This document shows, piece by piece, positions 29,595 through 41,142 of a DNA stretch of 64,000 bases. Within the stretch, counting starts at the first letter, position 1. Every line of letters starts with the position of its first letter. This stretch comes from Longimicrobiales bacterium (GTDB taxonomy: Bacteria > Gemmatimonadota > Gemmatimonadetes > Longimicrobiales > Gaopeijiaceae). The notes beneath the pieces were generated by a model. It had not been told where the DNA came from. It saw nothing but the letters and a program-made list of their open reading frames with translations, and did no database searches. Location of the stretch: assembly GCA_965238005.1 (NCBI GenBank), contig OZ250165.1:4256001-4320000 (forward strand), read 5' to 3'. The translations under genes were made by a program, and so were the position numbers.

Positions 29595-30649
29595 CTATCT
29601 GGGTCCGTATCGAAGACGATGGGCCGAGCCTCGCCGACGACGTTGAGCATCCCCAGTGCACCCTTGTCGAAGGCCCGGAAGATCGCGTGATCGACCAGAA
29701 GGTACGTGCCAGGCACGTCAGCCCGGAACTCGGCGATCGCGGCGCCGCCCGGCGGCACCAGCGTCGTCTGGATGTTATGCGTGACGGCGGTGCCCGCCTC
29801 GGCATAGACGTTGTCGAAGATCTCGCCGATGACGTGGAAGCTGGACACCAGGTTCGGGCCGCCGTTCCCGACGAACAGACGTACCGTCTCGCCCACGTTG
29901 ACCGTGAGGGCCATGTCATCCGTGAGCGATCCCACGGCGCCGTTGAACACCACGTAGGTCGGGTTCTCGGCCAGGGCCTTGTCGTAGCTGAAGGGCTGGT
30001 GGCCCTGGGCGCCGAAGGTGCCCTGCGTGTAGAACTCGCCCTGCATCACGTAGAACTCGTTGTCGACCGGGGGCAGTCCCTCTTCGGGCTCTACCAGGAT
30101 CATCCCGTACATCCCGTTGGCGATGTGCATGCCCACGGGGGCCGTGGCGCAGTGGTAGATGTAGAGGGCGGGGTTCAGAGCCGTGAAGGTGAAGACGGTC
30201 TCCTGACCGGGGCCGGTGAGGGTGGCCTTGGCGCCTCCGCCGGGGCCGGTGACGGCGTGCAGGTCGATGTTGTGGGGGACCATGCTGGATTCATGATTCT
30301 TCAGGTGGAACTCGACGAGGTCTCCCTCTCGCACTCGGATGAATTTGCCCGGAACCGATCCACCGAAGGTCCAGAACGTGTACTCGACGCCGTCGGCGAG
30401 CCGGCCCTTCGCCTCCACCGTCTTCAGCTCGACCACCACTCGCGTCGGGTAGTTCCGGGTAATCGGTGGAGGAACCATGGGAGGGCGGGTAAGGACCGCG
30501 GTCTCGACACCGGTGACCGGTCCGGGGTCGTGAACCGGAATGTGGGCATCGTCTATTACTCCCGCCGGCTCGGAGGCCGCGAGAAACCCGATGAGGACCA
30601 GCGAAACCACCGATCCCACGAGCGTGGCGTGCTTCGTCAGCTCTTTCAT
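29591..30649 (-). CDS. nirK: Copper-containing nitrite reductase
   Basis: [44 protein letters not shown]. Confidence 0.95.
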   Translation of the reverse strand: MKELTKHATLVGSVVSLVLIGFLAASEPAGVIDDAHIPVHDPGPVTGVETAVLTRPPMVPPPITRNYPTRVVVELKTVEAKGRLADGVEYTFWTFGGSVPGKFIRVREGDLVEFHLKNHESSMVPHNIDLHAVTGPGGGAKATLTGPGQETVFTFTALNPALYIYHCATAPVGMHIANGMYGMILVEPEEGLPPVDNEFYVMQGEFYTQGTFGAQGHQPFSYDKALAENPTYVVFNGAVGSLTDDMALTVNVGETVRLFVGNGGPNLVSSFHVIGEIFDNVYAEAGTAVTHNIQTTLVPPGGAAIAEFRADVPGTYLLVDHAIFRAFDKGALGMLNVVGEARPIVFDTDPDS

Positions 30650-30746
30650 TGACTCTCAGTCTGCGTTGGAGGTTCGTGCTTTCCTCCAAAGTTCGGCGAG
30701 ACCGGAGTCCGGCGCTGTCAGGAGTAGGGCCAGGGGAGGTGTGGGA

Positions 30747-30797
30747 AGAAGCCGGATATGTGGTCGGGAGAAGCCGGATGTGTGGTCGGGAGAAGCC
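30747..30797. repeat. 22-bp tandem repeat (2.3 copies) upstream of nirK
   Basis: agaagccggat(a/g)tgtggtcggg x2 plus agaagcc. Confidence 0.8.
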
Positions 30798-30827
30798 CTA
30801 CAGTGCCCATACAGCAGCCGGGACGAC

Positions 30828-31481
30828 TTACGGCGCTTTGAGCAGCCCCACTCGCAACGCGAAACGGACCAGCTCGGAACGATGCGTCAGGCCCAGCTTC
30901 TGCATGATCCGGCTCCTATAGGTGTCGACGGTCTTCGGGCTGATGAAGAGCTTCTTCCCGATCTCGGTCGAGCTGAACCCCTCCGCTGTCAGCGCAAGGA
31001 CCTCCTGCTCGCGTGAGCTCAGGTCGTGGAGACCCACGTCGTCGTCGGCTTCCGCCTGTTTGTAGCGCCGCAGCAGCAGCGTAGTAGCCTTCGGAGGCAG
31101 GAACACCTGGCCCCTGGCAACGACCTTGATCGCCTCCGTAAGGTCTGTATCGGCGCTGGTCTTGGTCATGTATCCGCTCCCGCCCGCGTCGACTACCGGA
31201 ACGAGGTACTCCTCCTCGGCGTGCACAGTGAGCACGAGCACCTTGGTGTCGAGCCCTAAAGCGACGATCCGTCGGGTCGCCTCCAGCCCGTTCGAGTCAG
31301 GCATCGATAGGTCCATGACAACGACGTCTGGTTTGAGCTCACGGGCGCGATCTACGGCCTCGTCACCCGTGGATGCCTCCCCGACCACCGTGATCCGACC
31401 GTCTGCCTCGAGGAGGGCCTTAATACCGGCCCGAAACATGGCATGGTCATCGGCGAGGAGAACCCTAATGCCTTCAGCCAT
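30828..31481 (-). CDS. NarL/NreC-family response regulator
   Basis: LADDH, VVMDLSMP, LuxR HTH LSSREQEV...ISPKTVDTYR. Confidence 0.93.
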   Translation of the reverse strand: MAEGIRVLLADDHAMFRAGIKALLEADGRITVVGEASTGDEAVDRARELKPDVVVMDLSMPDSNGLEATRRIVALGLDTKVLVLTVHAEEEYLVPVVDAGGSGYMTKTSADTDLTEAIKVVARGQVFLPPKATTLLLRRYKQAEADDDVGLHDLSSREQEVLALTAEGFSSTEIGKKLFISPKTVDTYRSRIMQKLGLTHRSELVRFALRVGLLKAP

Positions 31482-31485
31482 AGCG

Positions 31486-32556
31486 CTAACCGGCTTCCGC
31501 CTTCGGGAGGTCGATGCGGATCCGGGTTCCCTCCCCGGGGGCGGTCTCGATCGTTAGGCGACCTCCTATCATGGTCGCGCGCTCTCGCATTCCCAATAGG
31601 CCGAGCCCCCCTCGCCCGTCGGCACTCCCTTCGAGGTCGAAGCCCTTTCCAGAGTCCGATACCTCGGCAAAGACGGATCCGTCGTCGACGCCCAGTGTCA
31701 GGCGGGCATCCGGGACGTCGGCATGTCTCATAACGTTCAACAGCGCTTCCTGAACGACTCGGTAAATCACTAGACGCTCGTTGGAGCCGAGAAACGGATC
31801 AACGAGCCCGACCTCCGCCTCGACATCGAACCCGGTCCCCTCGCGGAGACCTCTCAAGTGGGACTGAAGCGCAGCGGCGAGTCCGACGTCGCCGAGTTCG
31901 GGGGGCCGAAGTCCACGAGCGATGCGCTTTACGCCCTCGGCCGTTTCCACGATCTCTTCGCGGATCTCCCTGAGCAGAGATCTCCGGCTCTCCGCGTCTG
32001 GTTCCTCAGCGAGCAGGTGCACTCGAAGGATCGAGGCGGCGAGACGCTGCGCAGTGTCGTCGTGTAGCTCGCGAGCGATCCGTCGGCGCTCGTCTTCTGT
32101 GGCCTGGAGCACGCCCTCCGAGAAGTCCTGAAGACGCTTTCTCTCGGACACGTCGCGCACGGAGCAAATCACTCGTGCGTCGCCATCCGCCGATGTCCAG
32201 GGGCTGAGGCTGATCTCGACGGGGAATCGCGATCCATCCTGACGCCGACCGCTGAGGTCAAGTCCTGCACCCATCGGGCGGATGTGGGGGCTGGCCGTGA
32301 AGCCACGCCGATGGTGTTCGTGCGCTGGCCGCTGGGCCTCCGGCACGAGCATCTCCACGGACTGACCTAGTAGGTCTTCACGCGGCCAGCCGAATAGAGC
32401 CTCGACCTGCGGGTTCAGGTCGCGGATCACACCCTCCGAATCGACAACCAGGCAGCCATCGGGCGACGCCTCGAAGATCGCTCGGTATTCCTCTGCCGAC
32501 AGCACCGGAGCCGACGTACCTCCTTTCTCATCCGAACTTGGGGGGAAACCCCCCAC
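31486..32556 (-). CDS. PAS-domain HisKA_3 sensor kinase
   Basis: PAS (FGW...LLGQSVEMLVP), ERRRIARELHD, QEALLNV, DSGKGF, GLGLLGMRER. Confidence 0.92.
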   Translation of the reverse strand: MGGFPPSSDEKGGTSAPVLSAEEYRAIFEASPDGCLVVDSEGVIRDLNPQVEALFGWPREDLLGQSVEMLVPEAQRPAHEHHRRGFTASPHIRPMGAGLDLSGRRQDGSRFPVEISLSPWTSADGDARVICSVRDVSERKRLQDFSEGVLQATEDERRRIARELHDDTAQRLAASILRVHLLAEEPDAESRRSLLREIREEIVETAEGVKRIARGLRPPELGDVGLAAALQSHLRGLREGTGFDVEAEVGLVDPFLGSNERLVIYRVVQEALLNVMRHADVPDARLTLGVDDGSVFAEVSDSGKGFDLEGSADGRGGLGLLGMRERATMIGGRLTIETAPGEGTRIRIDLPKAEAG

Positions 32557-32764
32557 AGCCCTAGAGTCCCATTCCCCACCGTGGCGCCCGCAAAGTCCCT
32601 GACAGCGCAGGAAGTCTGCCTAGCAAAGAATATAGGCAAGCCGAGCTGGGCCACAGTGGCTCGTCGCTCGCCCGACGTCCAATGCAACCCAACAGTCAGC
32701 GACTTCGAGCAAGGAAGGTCAAATGCTGTCAGAGCAAATGGAGGGCTCGAAGACGATCCCGCCG

Positions 32765-32929
32765 ATGTCCACGACCAGCGCAACAGTTGCCTCACTGGCC
32801 CAGTCGCCATACGCGAAGAAGTTCCTCGGCGTACCACTGTTCTGGAAGATCCTGCTTGGCAACCTCGTGGTCGCGGGCTCGGGGATCGTCGCCGGATCCT
32901 TGCTCACGCAGGGCACGTTGGGCGGCTGA
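32765..32929 (+). pseudogene. N-terminal remnant of a membrane sensor kinase
   Basis: LGVPLFWKILLGNLVV, then an early stop. Confidence 0.4.
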
Positions 32930-33173
32930 CAACAGCCTCACAACCGATTGCCCTTTGATAGGGTCCACGCCACATCGCCGCGAACCTGGGGCTCGATCGC
33001 ATGGAATTCGGAACGATGTGGCGCCCGATCCACGGCTCAACTCTGTCGACCGATCGGTTCCCACCGATCGTCTGAAGCAGGAAGAGCCTGTCACCAAGGG
33101 GGCCGAAACGAGACCCCTCCTCCCGGGTCGGCCACCACGGGGAACCGCAGCTCGCCCGTATGCTCACATTTGT

Positions 33174-35738
33174 CTACATCTCTGCGCCCCGCAGCCGCAA
33201 CGCGTTACCGATGACCGACACCGAGCTCAGGCTCATGGCCGCGGCCGCGATGATGGGGCTCAGCAAGATGCCGAACACCGGGTAGAGCACTCCGGCCGCG
33301 ATGGGAACTCCGACGCTGTTGTAGATGAAAGCGAAAAAGAGGTTCTGCCGAATATTACGCATCGTGGCACGGCTCAAACGCCTCGCCCGGACGATCCCTC
33401 GGAGGTCGCCTCGGACGAGCGTGACCCCTGCGCTTTCCATCGCCACATCCGTGCCCGTCCCCATTGCGATGCCGACCTGGGCCTGAGCCAGGGCCGGGGC
33501 GTCGTTGATCCCGTCACCCGCCATGGCGACGACTTTCCCCTCAGCCTGGAGTCGTTTGACGATCTCGGCTTTCTCCTGTGGAAGCACCTCGGCGGCGATC
33601 TCGTCGATGCCAAGCTTGTATCCGACTACCCGGGCCGTCGTCTTACTGTCGCCCGTGATCATGACGACCTGAACTCCCTCCTCGTGGAGTCTCTCGATCG
33701 CGTCAGGCGTCGTCTCCTTGATCGGGTCCGCCACTCCAACGAGGCCCGCGGGCTGGCCATCGACAGCGACGAACATCACCGTCTGGCCATCTCGCCTCAT
33801 GGTCTCCGCACGCTCGACCAGATCCCCCAGTGGCACCTCGAGATCCTCCATCAACGCCAGGTTGCCGAGCCCGACCGAACGGCCCTCCACCCGGCCCTGC
33901 ACACCCTTGCCCGTGACAGACTCGAAGTCCGTGCTGTCACGGAGCGCGGCCCCTCGCTCGATCGCGCCCTCCACAATGGCCTCGGCGAGCGGATGTTCGC
34001 TTCCTCGCTCCAGACTGCCCGCGAAACTGAGAAGCTGCTCGTCGGTGAAGGCTGCGGCCGGGGCCACGGTCACCAGCTTGGGTTTCCCGAGGGTGAGGGT
34101 TCCGGTCTTGTCGACGATAAGCGTGTCGACCTTTCGCAACACCTCGATGGCTTCCGCGTTCTTGAACAGGACGCCCATGGACGCTCCCTTGCCGGTCGCG
34201 ACCATGATGGACATTGGCGTGGCAAGGCCCAAAGCGCAGGGACACGCGATGATCAGGACCGCCACCGCGTTGATGAGCGCGTAGGCCATGGCGGGCTCGG
34301 GACCCACCAGGGCCCAGACGATGAACGTGATGATGGCGATCAACACGACGGCTGGAACGAAGTAGGACGCCACAAGGTCCGCGAGCTTCTGGATGGGCGC
34401 CCGGCTCCGCTGCGCCTCGGCCACCATCTGAACGATCTGCGAAAGCAGAGTCTCGGCGCCCACCCGATCCGCCCGCATGATCAGCGATCCCGTGCCGTTC
34501 ACTGTCGCTCCGATGACCTTGTCGCCCACACCCTTTTCGACGGGTATCGGCTCCCCCGTGAGCATGGCTTCGTCCACCGAGCTCGATCCCTCGACGACGG
34601 TGCCGTCCACGGGCACCTTCTCCCCCGGGCGGATTCTGAGTCGGTCTCCCGGTTGTACCAAGTCGAGGGGAACGTCCTCCTCACTACCGTCATCGTTGAG
34701 TCTTCTCGCCGTCTTGGGCGCCAAACCCAGCAGAGCCTTGATCGCCGCGCTCGTCTGTCCCCGGGCCTTCAGCTCCAGAACCTGCCCCAGGAGAACGAGG
34801 GTGACGATCACGGCAGCCGCCTCGAAGTACACGCCCACCTCGCCGGCTTCGTTACGGAAAGACGCCGGGAAGAGGTCAGGCATGAGTGACGCCACGAGGC
34901 TGAAGACGTAGGCGACACCCACACCGAGTCCGATGAGGGTGAACATGTTGAGGTTGCGTGTGACCACGGACTGCCACCCGCGAACGAAAAAGGGCCACCC
35001 ACCCCAGAGGATGACCGGCGTGCTCAGGAGCAGCTCCGCCCACGCGAGCGTGCCGGACTCGAACCACCTGAGGAGTGGGCTCCCCCCTGGCAGATAGACC
35101 CCCATGGCGATGGCAAGGACCGAGATGCTCAAGGCCGCGCTGACCCAGAAGCGCCGTGTCATGTCCACCAACTCCGGGTTCTCCTCTTCGTCCAGCGTGA
35201 CCATGCGGGGCTCGAGGCCCATCCCGCAGATCGGGCAGCTTCCAGGCTCGTCGCGGACGATCTCCGGGTGCATGGGACACACGTATTCGGTACGCGACGC
35301 CGGGGCCGCGACGATCTCCGGTTCTAGGGACATTCCGCACTTCGGGCATGAGCCCGGGCCCTCCTGACGAACCTCCGGGTGCATGGGACAGGTGTGGATC
35401 GAGGCGATCGTCTTGTGCCCCTCCGGTACGGCTTCCTCCGGAGCTCCCTCCAGGTAGCGCGCAGGGTGCTCTTGGAACTTGGTCACACACCCACGCGAGC
35501 AGAACAGGAATTCGGTGTCATCGTGAACCGTTCGATGGGGAGTGTCCGCCGCAACGCTCATACCGCAGACGGGATCCTCGAGTTGGGTGACCTCGGCGCC
35601 AGGTTCTTGCTCCTGAGGCACCTCATGTGAATGGTCGTGCGGCGGTATAGCCTTTGATGGAGTCCCGTCGGGGGAATCTCCCACCATTCCACCGTGGTCG
35701 TGACCGCTGTGGTCGTCGCCCTCGCGGTCGTGCGTCAT
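33174..35738 (-). CDS. copA: Cu(I)-translocating P1B-type ATPase with His-rich, YHS and two CPMHP N-terminal domains
   Basis: DPVCGM..FCS..C, CPMHP x2, [36 protein letters not shown]. Confidence 0.93.
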   Translation of the reverse strand: MTHDREGDDHSGHDHGGMVGDSPDGTPSKAIPPHDHSHEVPQEQEPGAEVTQLEDPVCGMSVAADTPHRTVHDDTEFLFCSRGCVTKFQEHPARYLEGAPEEAVPEGHKTIASIHTCPMHPEVRQEGPGSCPKCGMSLEPEIVAAPASRTEYVCPMHPEIVRDEPGSCPICGMGLEPRMVTLDEEENPELVDMTRRFWVSAALSISVLAIAMGVYLPGGSPLLRWFESGTLAWAELLLSTPVILWGGWPFFVRGWQSVVTRNLNMFTLIGLGVGVAYVFSLVASLMPDLFPASFRNEAGEVGVYFEAAAVIVTLVLLGQVLELKARGQTSAAIKALLGLAPKTARRLNDDGSEEDVPLDLVQPGDRLRIRPGEKVPVDGTVVEGSSSVDEAMLTGEPIPVEKGVGDKVIGATVNGTGSLIMRADRVGAETLLSQIVQMVAEAQRSRAPIQKLADLVASYFVPAVVLIAIITFIVWALVGPEPAMAYALINAVAVLIIACPCALGLATPMSIMVATGKGASMGVLFKNAEAIEVLRKVDTLIVDKTGTLTLGKPKLVTVAPAAAFTDEQLLSFAGSLERGSEHPLAEAIVEGAIERGAALRDSTDFESVTGKGVQGRVEGRSVGLGNLALMEDLEVPLGDLVERAETMRRDGQTVMFVAVDGQPAGLVGVADPIKETTPDAIERLHEEGVQVVMITGDSKTTARVVGYKLGIDEIAAEVLPQEKAEIVKRLQAEGKVVAMAGDGINDAPALAQAQVGIAMGTGTDVAMESAGVTLVRGDLRGIVRARRLSRATMRNIRQNLFFAFIYNSVGVPIAAGVLYPVFGILLSPIIAAAAMSLSSVSVIGNALRLRGAEM

Positions 35739-36172
35739 GTCATCTCTCCTGCGCAAGTCGAATTCTCACCCTACCCCTCGAACCGTCGCCAGTCCAGCAT
35801 GTCGCCAGGCAGGTGCCATGCGGGGTCGGGAAGTGGAGCACCCCGCTGCCCTCCGGTCATTTCATGGGTTCCGATCGAGTCCTGGGGTGCTGATGGGACT
35901 GCTGAGCCCCGACCGACGGAGTCCAGAGCAGCAGCGCCGCCGAGAGGATCAAGGCCTGGTTGAACATTGCAAGCACTCCTGATCTAAGGGTCGCCGAAGG
36001 TCGGTCCATCCGCGAGAATGGCTCGTCGGCCTCCGTCATTCGCGTGTCACGCAGTCAGCATAGCGGGCTGGCAATGAAGGCTGCGTGAACTTGCCGTGAA
36101 GGTGTCTTCACGTCGGCTCGGCACTCCCGTCATCATTCGTATGATGGATTGGACGGGCGGCTCGCAGTGTCG

Positions 36173-36790
36173 TCAAAGATCCGAGGGGTGTAGGGCCTTC
36201 TCGGTCGTCGCCAGGAAACCCAGCGCGGGATCCTTGAACTGGGCGTGCCTCAGCAGCTCCCAATGGTCACGTAAGTAGCTCTGCAAGAAGTGGATGACGT
36301 GATCCAGCATGATCTGCTGGAAACGTGGGTTCCTGAGGCCCCCTCTTGTCGACCCGAAGGCCACCAATCGGATCTGATGGCCCGACTCGGAGATGGCCGT
36401 TCCGGTTTTTAGGAGCTCTTTTACGATGTGACTCGTTTCCTGGGGCGGACAACACCCGAATCGGGAGAGCGCGGCCTCCAGTACCGAACGTCGCCGGCCG
36501 CTTCGGTTGAACTCCGCGACGCCCTCCTTGACCTCACCGATGATCATGTCGGCCTTATCGTGCGGGCATCCGAGTTCCGGAGCGGGCTCGAACCGCTCGA
36601 CCGCCTTGCTCACGCCCGGGCTTCCGGGCACCAACCGGCCGGCGTGGGGGAATCGAAAAGCGAGGATGTCGAGGTCCGTTGCGGCCCGATACTGATCCGG
36701 GCCCATGGCCTCGACGATCGGGTACTCCGATACCGTGAAGTACCCGTTGACTCTCAGATAAGCTTGGACGAGCGCGACGGCATTATCCAC
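36173..36790 (-). CDS. Conserved hypothetical protein, possible PD-(D/E)XK fold
   Basis: AYLRVNGYFT..E, TDLDILA, DMIIGEVKEG; SD GGAG before GTG. Confidence 0.7.
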   Translation of the reverse strand: MDNAVALVQAYLRVNGYFTVSEYPIVEAMGPDQYRAATDLDILAFRFPHAGRLVPGSPGVSKAVERFEPAPELGCPHDKADMIIGEVKEGVAEFNRSGRRRSVLEAALSRFGCCPPQETSHIVKELLKTGTAISESGHQIRLVAFGSTRGGLRNPRFQQIMLDHVIHFLQSYLRDHWELLRHAQFKDPALGFLATTEKALHPSDL

Positions 36791-36825
36791 AGCCAGCTCC
36801 AATCCCGATGTCGGAAGTCAACAGC

Positions 36826-37104
36826 TTACCGTGATTCTCTCAGTACACGGAGAGTCTCGGCAAACTGCTCCTCGCTGATCTCACCCCGTGCGAACCGCTG
36901 TCGAAGAGCCTCCTCGGCACTCTCTCGCGTCGCCTCTTCGCGGTGGGTCGCCCCCCGCTCGGCAAACGTGATCCAGAAGCCCCAGATGAGCACGAGTAGG
37001 GTTCCGACGACGAAGATCCACCAGGCCCAGTGCATTCCCATAAGAAGGCCACCTTCATGCCAAGAGTAAGGCATCTGGGCCAGGGCGGCGTACTTGGCGT
37101 TCAT
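36826..37104 (-). CDS. SHOCT-domain membrane protein
   Basis: MGMHWAWW TM, AEEALRQRFARGEISEEQF. Confidence 0.85.
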   Translation of the reverse strand: MNAKYAALAQMPYSWHEGGLLMGMHWAWWIFVVGTLLVLIWGFWITFAERGATHREEATRESAEEALRQRFARGEISEEQFAETLRVLRESR

Positions 37105-37387
37105 GATCAACTCTCCTTTTAGAGGAGGGCCAAATGGTCCTCGTCTCCAGTGCGGATATTCACGATGCGGACCACGTCTGTGACAGCGACGACACCATCC
37201 CCGCGATGGCCGGGGGACATCAGTCTCCTATGGTCTCGTGTGGCTCCTTGTTGCCCTCGGGTTCGTGGTCGCGGGCATCGCCTCCTGGGCAAGACAACAC
37301 TGGTGGCAGCCGCTTTCCCTCGGACTCGTGGTAGTCTCGCTCGTTCTGTGCCTCGTCGGGAAGACTTCCTGGGCCCGTTTCAGCAAC

Positions 37388-40015
37388 TCAAGCGGTCTGA
37401 AGGGAGCCCTCGGAAGCGCTCTCCAACACACGCTCGAACGCCAGCTTTCCGCCGTCGGACGGCACCGAAACCCTGATCGTTGAACCCTCGGGCACTTCCT
37501 CGTCCAACAGGTACAGGGCCAGGGGATCCTGGACATCCCGCTGGATGGCCCGTTTCAGGGGTCGAGCTCCGAAGGCCGGATCGTACCCCTCCCGGGCCAG
37601 GAAGTCCTTCGCCTCGTCCGTGATGGTCAGTTCCACTCCCAGATCTCCCGCCAGACCCTCCACGCGCCGGAGCTGTAGGTCCACGATGGACCGGAGATCG
37701 CCCTCGGTCAGAGGTGTGTACACAATCACGTCGTCCACGCGGTTCAGGAACTCGGGACGGAAATGACCACGGAGGACCTCCATCACCACCGCCTCCGTGG
37801 CGTCCCAGTCTTCGGATTCGACCCCCTCGAGGATCATCTGGCTGCCGAGGTTCGAGGTCATGATGATGATCGTGTTGCGGAAGTCCACCGTCCGACCCTG
37901 CGAGTCGGTGAGACGCCCGTCGTCGAGGATCTGGAGCAGCACGTTGAAGACGTCCGGGTGCGCCTTCTCGATCTCGTCGAAGAGGATCACGGCGTGCGGT
38001 CTGCGACGGATCGCCTCGGTGAGCTGTCCCCCCTCCTCGAAGCCGACGTACCCCGGAGGCGCGCCGATGAGGCGTGCAACGGCGTGCTTCTCCATGTACT
38101 CGGACATGTCCAGGCGGACCATGGCGCGCTCGTCGTCGAAGAGGAACTCGGCCAGCGCGCGCGCCGTCTCGGTCTTCCCCACGCCCGTCGGCCCGAGGAA
38201 GATGAAGGACCCGATGGGCCGGTCCGGGTCCTGAAGCCCGGTCCGGGCCCGCCGAACGGCGTTCGATACCGTCCCGAGGGCCTCGGGCTGTCCGATGACC
38301 CTCGCACCCAGGAGCTGCTCGAGGTGGCGGAGCCTCTCCCGCTCGGCCTCCATGAGCCTGGAAACCGGAATGCCCGTCCACTCGGACACGACTTCGGCGA
38401 TATCGTCGGCGCCCACGTCTTCCTTCAGATACTTGCCCTCGCCCTGTAGCTCGGCCAGGCGCTCCTCCGCGACGACCACGGCCTGCTCGGTTCCAGGAAT
38501 CTCAGAGTACTGGACCTCCGCCGCCCGCTCCAGGTCCCCGGTGCGGGTGGCCCGCTCGGCCTCGATTCGGAGCTCTTCCAGCCGTTCCTTCAGTCCCTGG
38601 AGCCGCTGGATGGCCTCCTTCTCGGACTGCCAGCGGGCCTTCATCCCGGCGCCCCGCTCCTTCAGGTCGGACAACACCGCTTCGATGCCGCTCAGCCGGT
38701 CCTTGGCGCCGCTCTCCGTCTCACCGGCCAACGCCTGTTTCTCAATCTCCAGCTGCGTGATGCGCCGCTCCACCTCATCGATCTCTTCGGGCATGGAGTC
38801 GATCTCGATGCGCAGACGGCTTCCTGCCTCATCCATGAGGTCGATGGCTTTGTCCGGGAGGAATCGCCCGCCGATGTACCGGTCCGACAGCTTCGCCGCT
38901 GCGACTATGGCGTTGTCGGTGATGCGTACCCCGTGGTGGACTTCGTAGCGCTCCTTGAGGCCCCTCAGGATGGCTACCGTGTCTTCCACCGACGGAGGAG
39001 CCACGAAGACCGGCTGAAAGCGCCTCTCCAGCGCCGGGTCCTTCTCCACGTGCTTGCGGTACTCGTCCAGGGTTGTAGCGCCGACCACTTTCAGCTCACC
39101 TCGGGCCAGAGCGGGCTTGAGCATGTTCCCTGCGTCTACCGCCCCTTCCGCGGCCCCTGCCCCCACGATGGTGTGGAGCTCGTCGATGAAGATGACGAAG
39201 CGACCCTCTCCCTCGATGATCTCCTTCAGAACCGCCTTCATCCTCTCTTCGAACTCGCCCCGGTATTTGGCACCTGCGAGCATGGCGGAGATATCGAGAG
39301 CCAGCAGCCTCTTGTCGGCAAGGGACGTTGGCACGTCCCCGGCCACGATGCGCTGGGCAAGACCTTCGGCGATGGCCGTCTTACCAACGCCCGGCTCTCC
39401 GATGAGGACCGGATTGTTCTTGGTTCGCCTGCCCAGGACCTTCATCACTCGGCGAATCTCCTCGTCGCGGCCTATGACGGGGTCGAGGCGTCCCTCGCGT
39501 GCCAGGGCCGTCAGATCCCTGCTGTACCGCTCTAGGGCCCTGTACTTGTCCTCGGGATTCTGGTCGGTTACACGATGGGAGCCCCTCACCGAAGCCAGAG
39601 CCCCGAGAACCCGCTCCTGGGTGGCGCCGACCTCCCTGAGAATCCGCCCGGCATCGCCCTTCTCCTCGGTCAGCCCAAGGAGGAGATGCTCCGTGGAGAC
39701 GTACTCGTCCCCCAGGGCACGGGCTTGGGCGTCGGACTCGTCCAGGGCTCGGTTCAGGTCTCGGGCCACGGTCGGGTCCGCCCCGCCGGAGACCCGGGGA
39801 CGGGCCTCCAGAACCTTTGTCACGCGCTCCTCCACGAGAGGTACCGGCGCCCCGATCTTGAGTAGGACAGGTGTGACGATCCCCTCCTCCTGGTGGAGAA
39901 GCGCCTCCAGAAGATGCACGCCCTCGATCTCGGGAGTGCCTCGGCGGCGTGCGCCGGCCGCCGCCTCCTGGATGGCTTCGCCGGCCTTCACCGTCAGTCT
40001 ATCGAAGCTCAGCAT
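37388..40015 (-). CDS. clpB: ATP-dependent chaperone ClpB
   Basis: [16 protein letters not shown], middle coiled-coil domain, GARPLKR. Confidence 0.96.
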   Translation of the reverse strand: MLSFDRLTVKAGEAIQEAAAGARRRGTPEIEGVHLLEALLHQEEGIVTPVLLKIGAPVPLVEERVTKVLEARPRVSGGADPTVARDLNRALDESDAQARALGDEYVSTEHLLLGLTEEKGDAGRILREVGATQERVLGALASVRGSHRVTDQNPEDKYRALERYSRDLTALAREGRLDPVIGRDEEIRRVMKVLGRRTKNNPVLIGEPGVGKTAIAEGLAQRIVAGDVPTSLADKRLLALDISAMLAGAKYRGEFEERMKAVLKEIIEGEGRFVIFIDELHTIVGAGAAEGAVDAGNMLKPALARGELKVVGATTLDEYRKHVEKDPALERRFQPVFVAPPSVEDTVAILRGLKERYEVHHGVRITDNAIVAAAKLSDRYIGGRFLPDKAIDLMDEAGSRLRIEIDSMPEEIDEVERRITQLEIEKQALAGETESGAKDRLSGIEAVLSDLKERGAGMKARWQSEKEAIQRLQGLKERLEELRIEAERATRTGDLERAAEVQYSEIPGTEQAVVVAEERLAELQGEGKYLKEDVGADDIAEVVSEWTGIPVSRLMEAERERLRHLEQLLGARVIGQPEALGTVSNAVRRARTGLQDPDRPIGSFIFLGPTGVGKTETARALAEFLFDDERAMVRLDMSEYMEKHAVARLIGAPPGYVGFEEGGQLTEAIRRRPHAVILFDEIEKAHPDVFNVLLQILDDGRLTDSQGRTVDFRNTIIIMTSNLGSQMILEGVESEDWDATEAVVMEVLRGHFRPEFLNRVDDVIVYTPLTEGDLRSIVDLQLRRVEGLAGDLGVELTITDEAKDFLAREGYDPAFGARPLKRAIQRDVQDPLALYLLDEEVPEGSTIRVSVPSDGGKLAFERVLESASEGSLQTA

Positions 40016-40233
40016 TGGCATCCCTTCCGTGGCTGATATCTGCCATTATGGCAGGCGCAAGCTGGTCCGGGTGTCGCTCCTAACACACACCCCGGCCAAT
40101 CCGGCTGGAGACCGCACTCCAGCGAGTGGTTCCACCCCCGGATGATTCAAGATCCGGGCCACCGGACCTTCTCTTCCTCGTCAAAGCGATCGTCTGCCAG
40201 CTTCTCGGCCTCGATGGTGGACGGATAGGCGAA

Positions 40234-40372
40234 TCAAGATGTCGCGCTGTCCGCCGAGTCGAAGCGTCCTTCTCTCGGGTAGCGATTGAGCTTGCGGTAC
40301 AGAGTCCGACGAATGATGCCCAGCAGTTCGGCGGCGGAGCCCTGGTTCCAGCGTGTACGCTCCAGAGTACGT
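40234..40372 (-). pseudogene. C-terminal Fis-HTH remnant of a sigma54-type regulator
   Basis: VRTLERTRWNQGSAAELLGIIRRTLYRKL; cut at the 62-bp repeat. Confidence 0.7.
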
Positions 40373-40430
40373 ACTGAGTTTACGGTTCTGCTACACGCCA
40401 CCATGCGTCGCCAAGCTCTGAGCTGCAAGG
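40369..40430 (+). repeat. 62-bp dispersed direct repeat, copy 2
   Basis: 57/62 identical to 13425-13486. Confidence 0.9.
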
Positions 40431-40599
40431 AGAGCCGTGCAGGGCCTAGCGCTTCCTGCTCAACCGCCGCACATCCCGGCGCGCCGCAGCCGCGCGCAGG
40501 GGTCGCCGACCTTGCCGTCGGCCCACCGTCAGCTTATCGAAGTGGGGCGCCAAGGGGGTGCCCCACCAGGACTTCGAGCCGCCCAGAGGGTCCGCTGCC

Positions 40600-41142
40600 A
40601 TGGGGAAAGATCTCGTCCGGATCAGTCGTTTCCTGAGCCTGGTGCTCCGGCATGATCCGGGCCGGATCGGGCTCGAGGTCGACCGGGAGGGCTGGGCTTC
40701 GGTGGCCGACCTCGTTGAGCGCTCACGCCTGGCCGGCTTGGATCTGACCATCGAGCTCGTTCGGGAAGTCGTCGCCACCAGCGACAAGCGCCGCTTCTCG
40801 CTGAGCGAAGACGGCTCGTCGATCCGCGCTAACCAGGGGCACTCAATTCCGGTGGATCTGGGCCTCTCACCTGTGGAGCCGCCGCCGGAGCTGTTCCACG
40901 GCACGGTCCCTCGATTCCTCGAGTCCATTAGAGCCAAGGGGCTCGTTCCCGGCAGCCGCCAGCGCGTCCATCTGTCGCCGGACGCCGAGACGGCGGCTCG
41001 GGTGGGGAGGCGTCGGGGGGAGCCTGTCGTGCTACGGATCGACGCGGCGGCCCTGGCCGCCCGCGGACAGGACTTCTTCGTGTCCGCGAACGGCGTCTGG
41101 CTCACGGCCGCGGTTCCTGCCGAGTTTATCCGGTTTCCGTAG
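40600..41142 (+). CDS. kptA: RNA 2'-phosphotransferase (Tpt1/KptA)
   Basis: SRFLSLVLRH, DKRRF, IRANQGHS, LFHGT, VHLS, NGVWL. Confidence 0.93.
   Translation: MGKDLVRISRFLSLVLRHDPGRIGLEVDREGWASVADLVERSRLAGLDLTIELVREVVATSDKRRFSLSEDGSSIRANQGHSIPVDLGLSPVEPPPELFHGTVPRFLESIRAKGLVPGSRQRVHLSPDAETAARVGRRRGEPVVLRIDAAALAARGQDFFVSANGVWLTAAVPAEFIRFP

Noticed and set aside
30747..30797. CRISPR array
   Set aside because: The repeats are contiguous with no unique spacers, and no cas genes are present
32682..34889. Long antisense ORFs (e.g. 1523..2815, 9676..11061, 20438..22489, 32682..34889, 53472..54872)
   Set aside because: Shadows of real high-GC genes on the opposite strand, with no recognisable motifs
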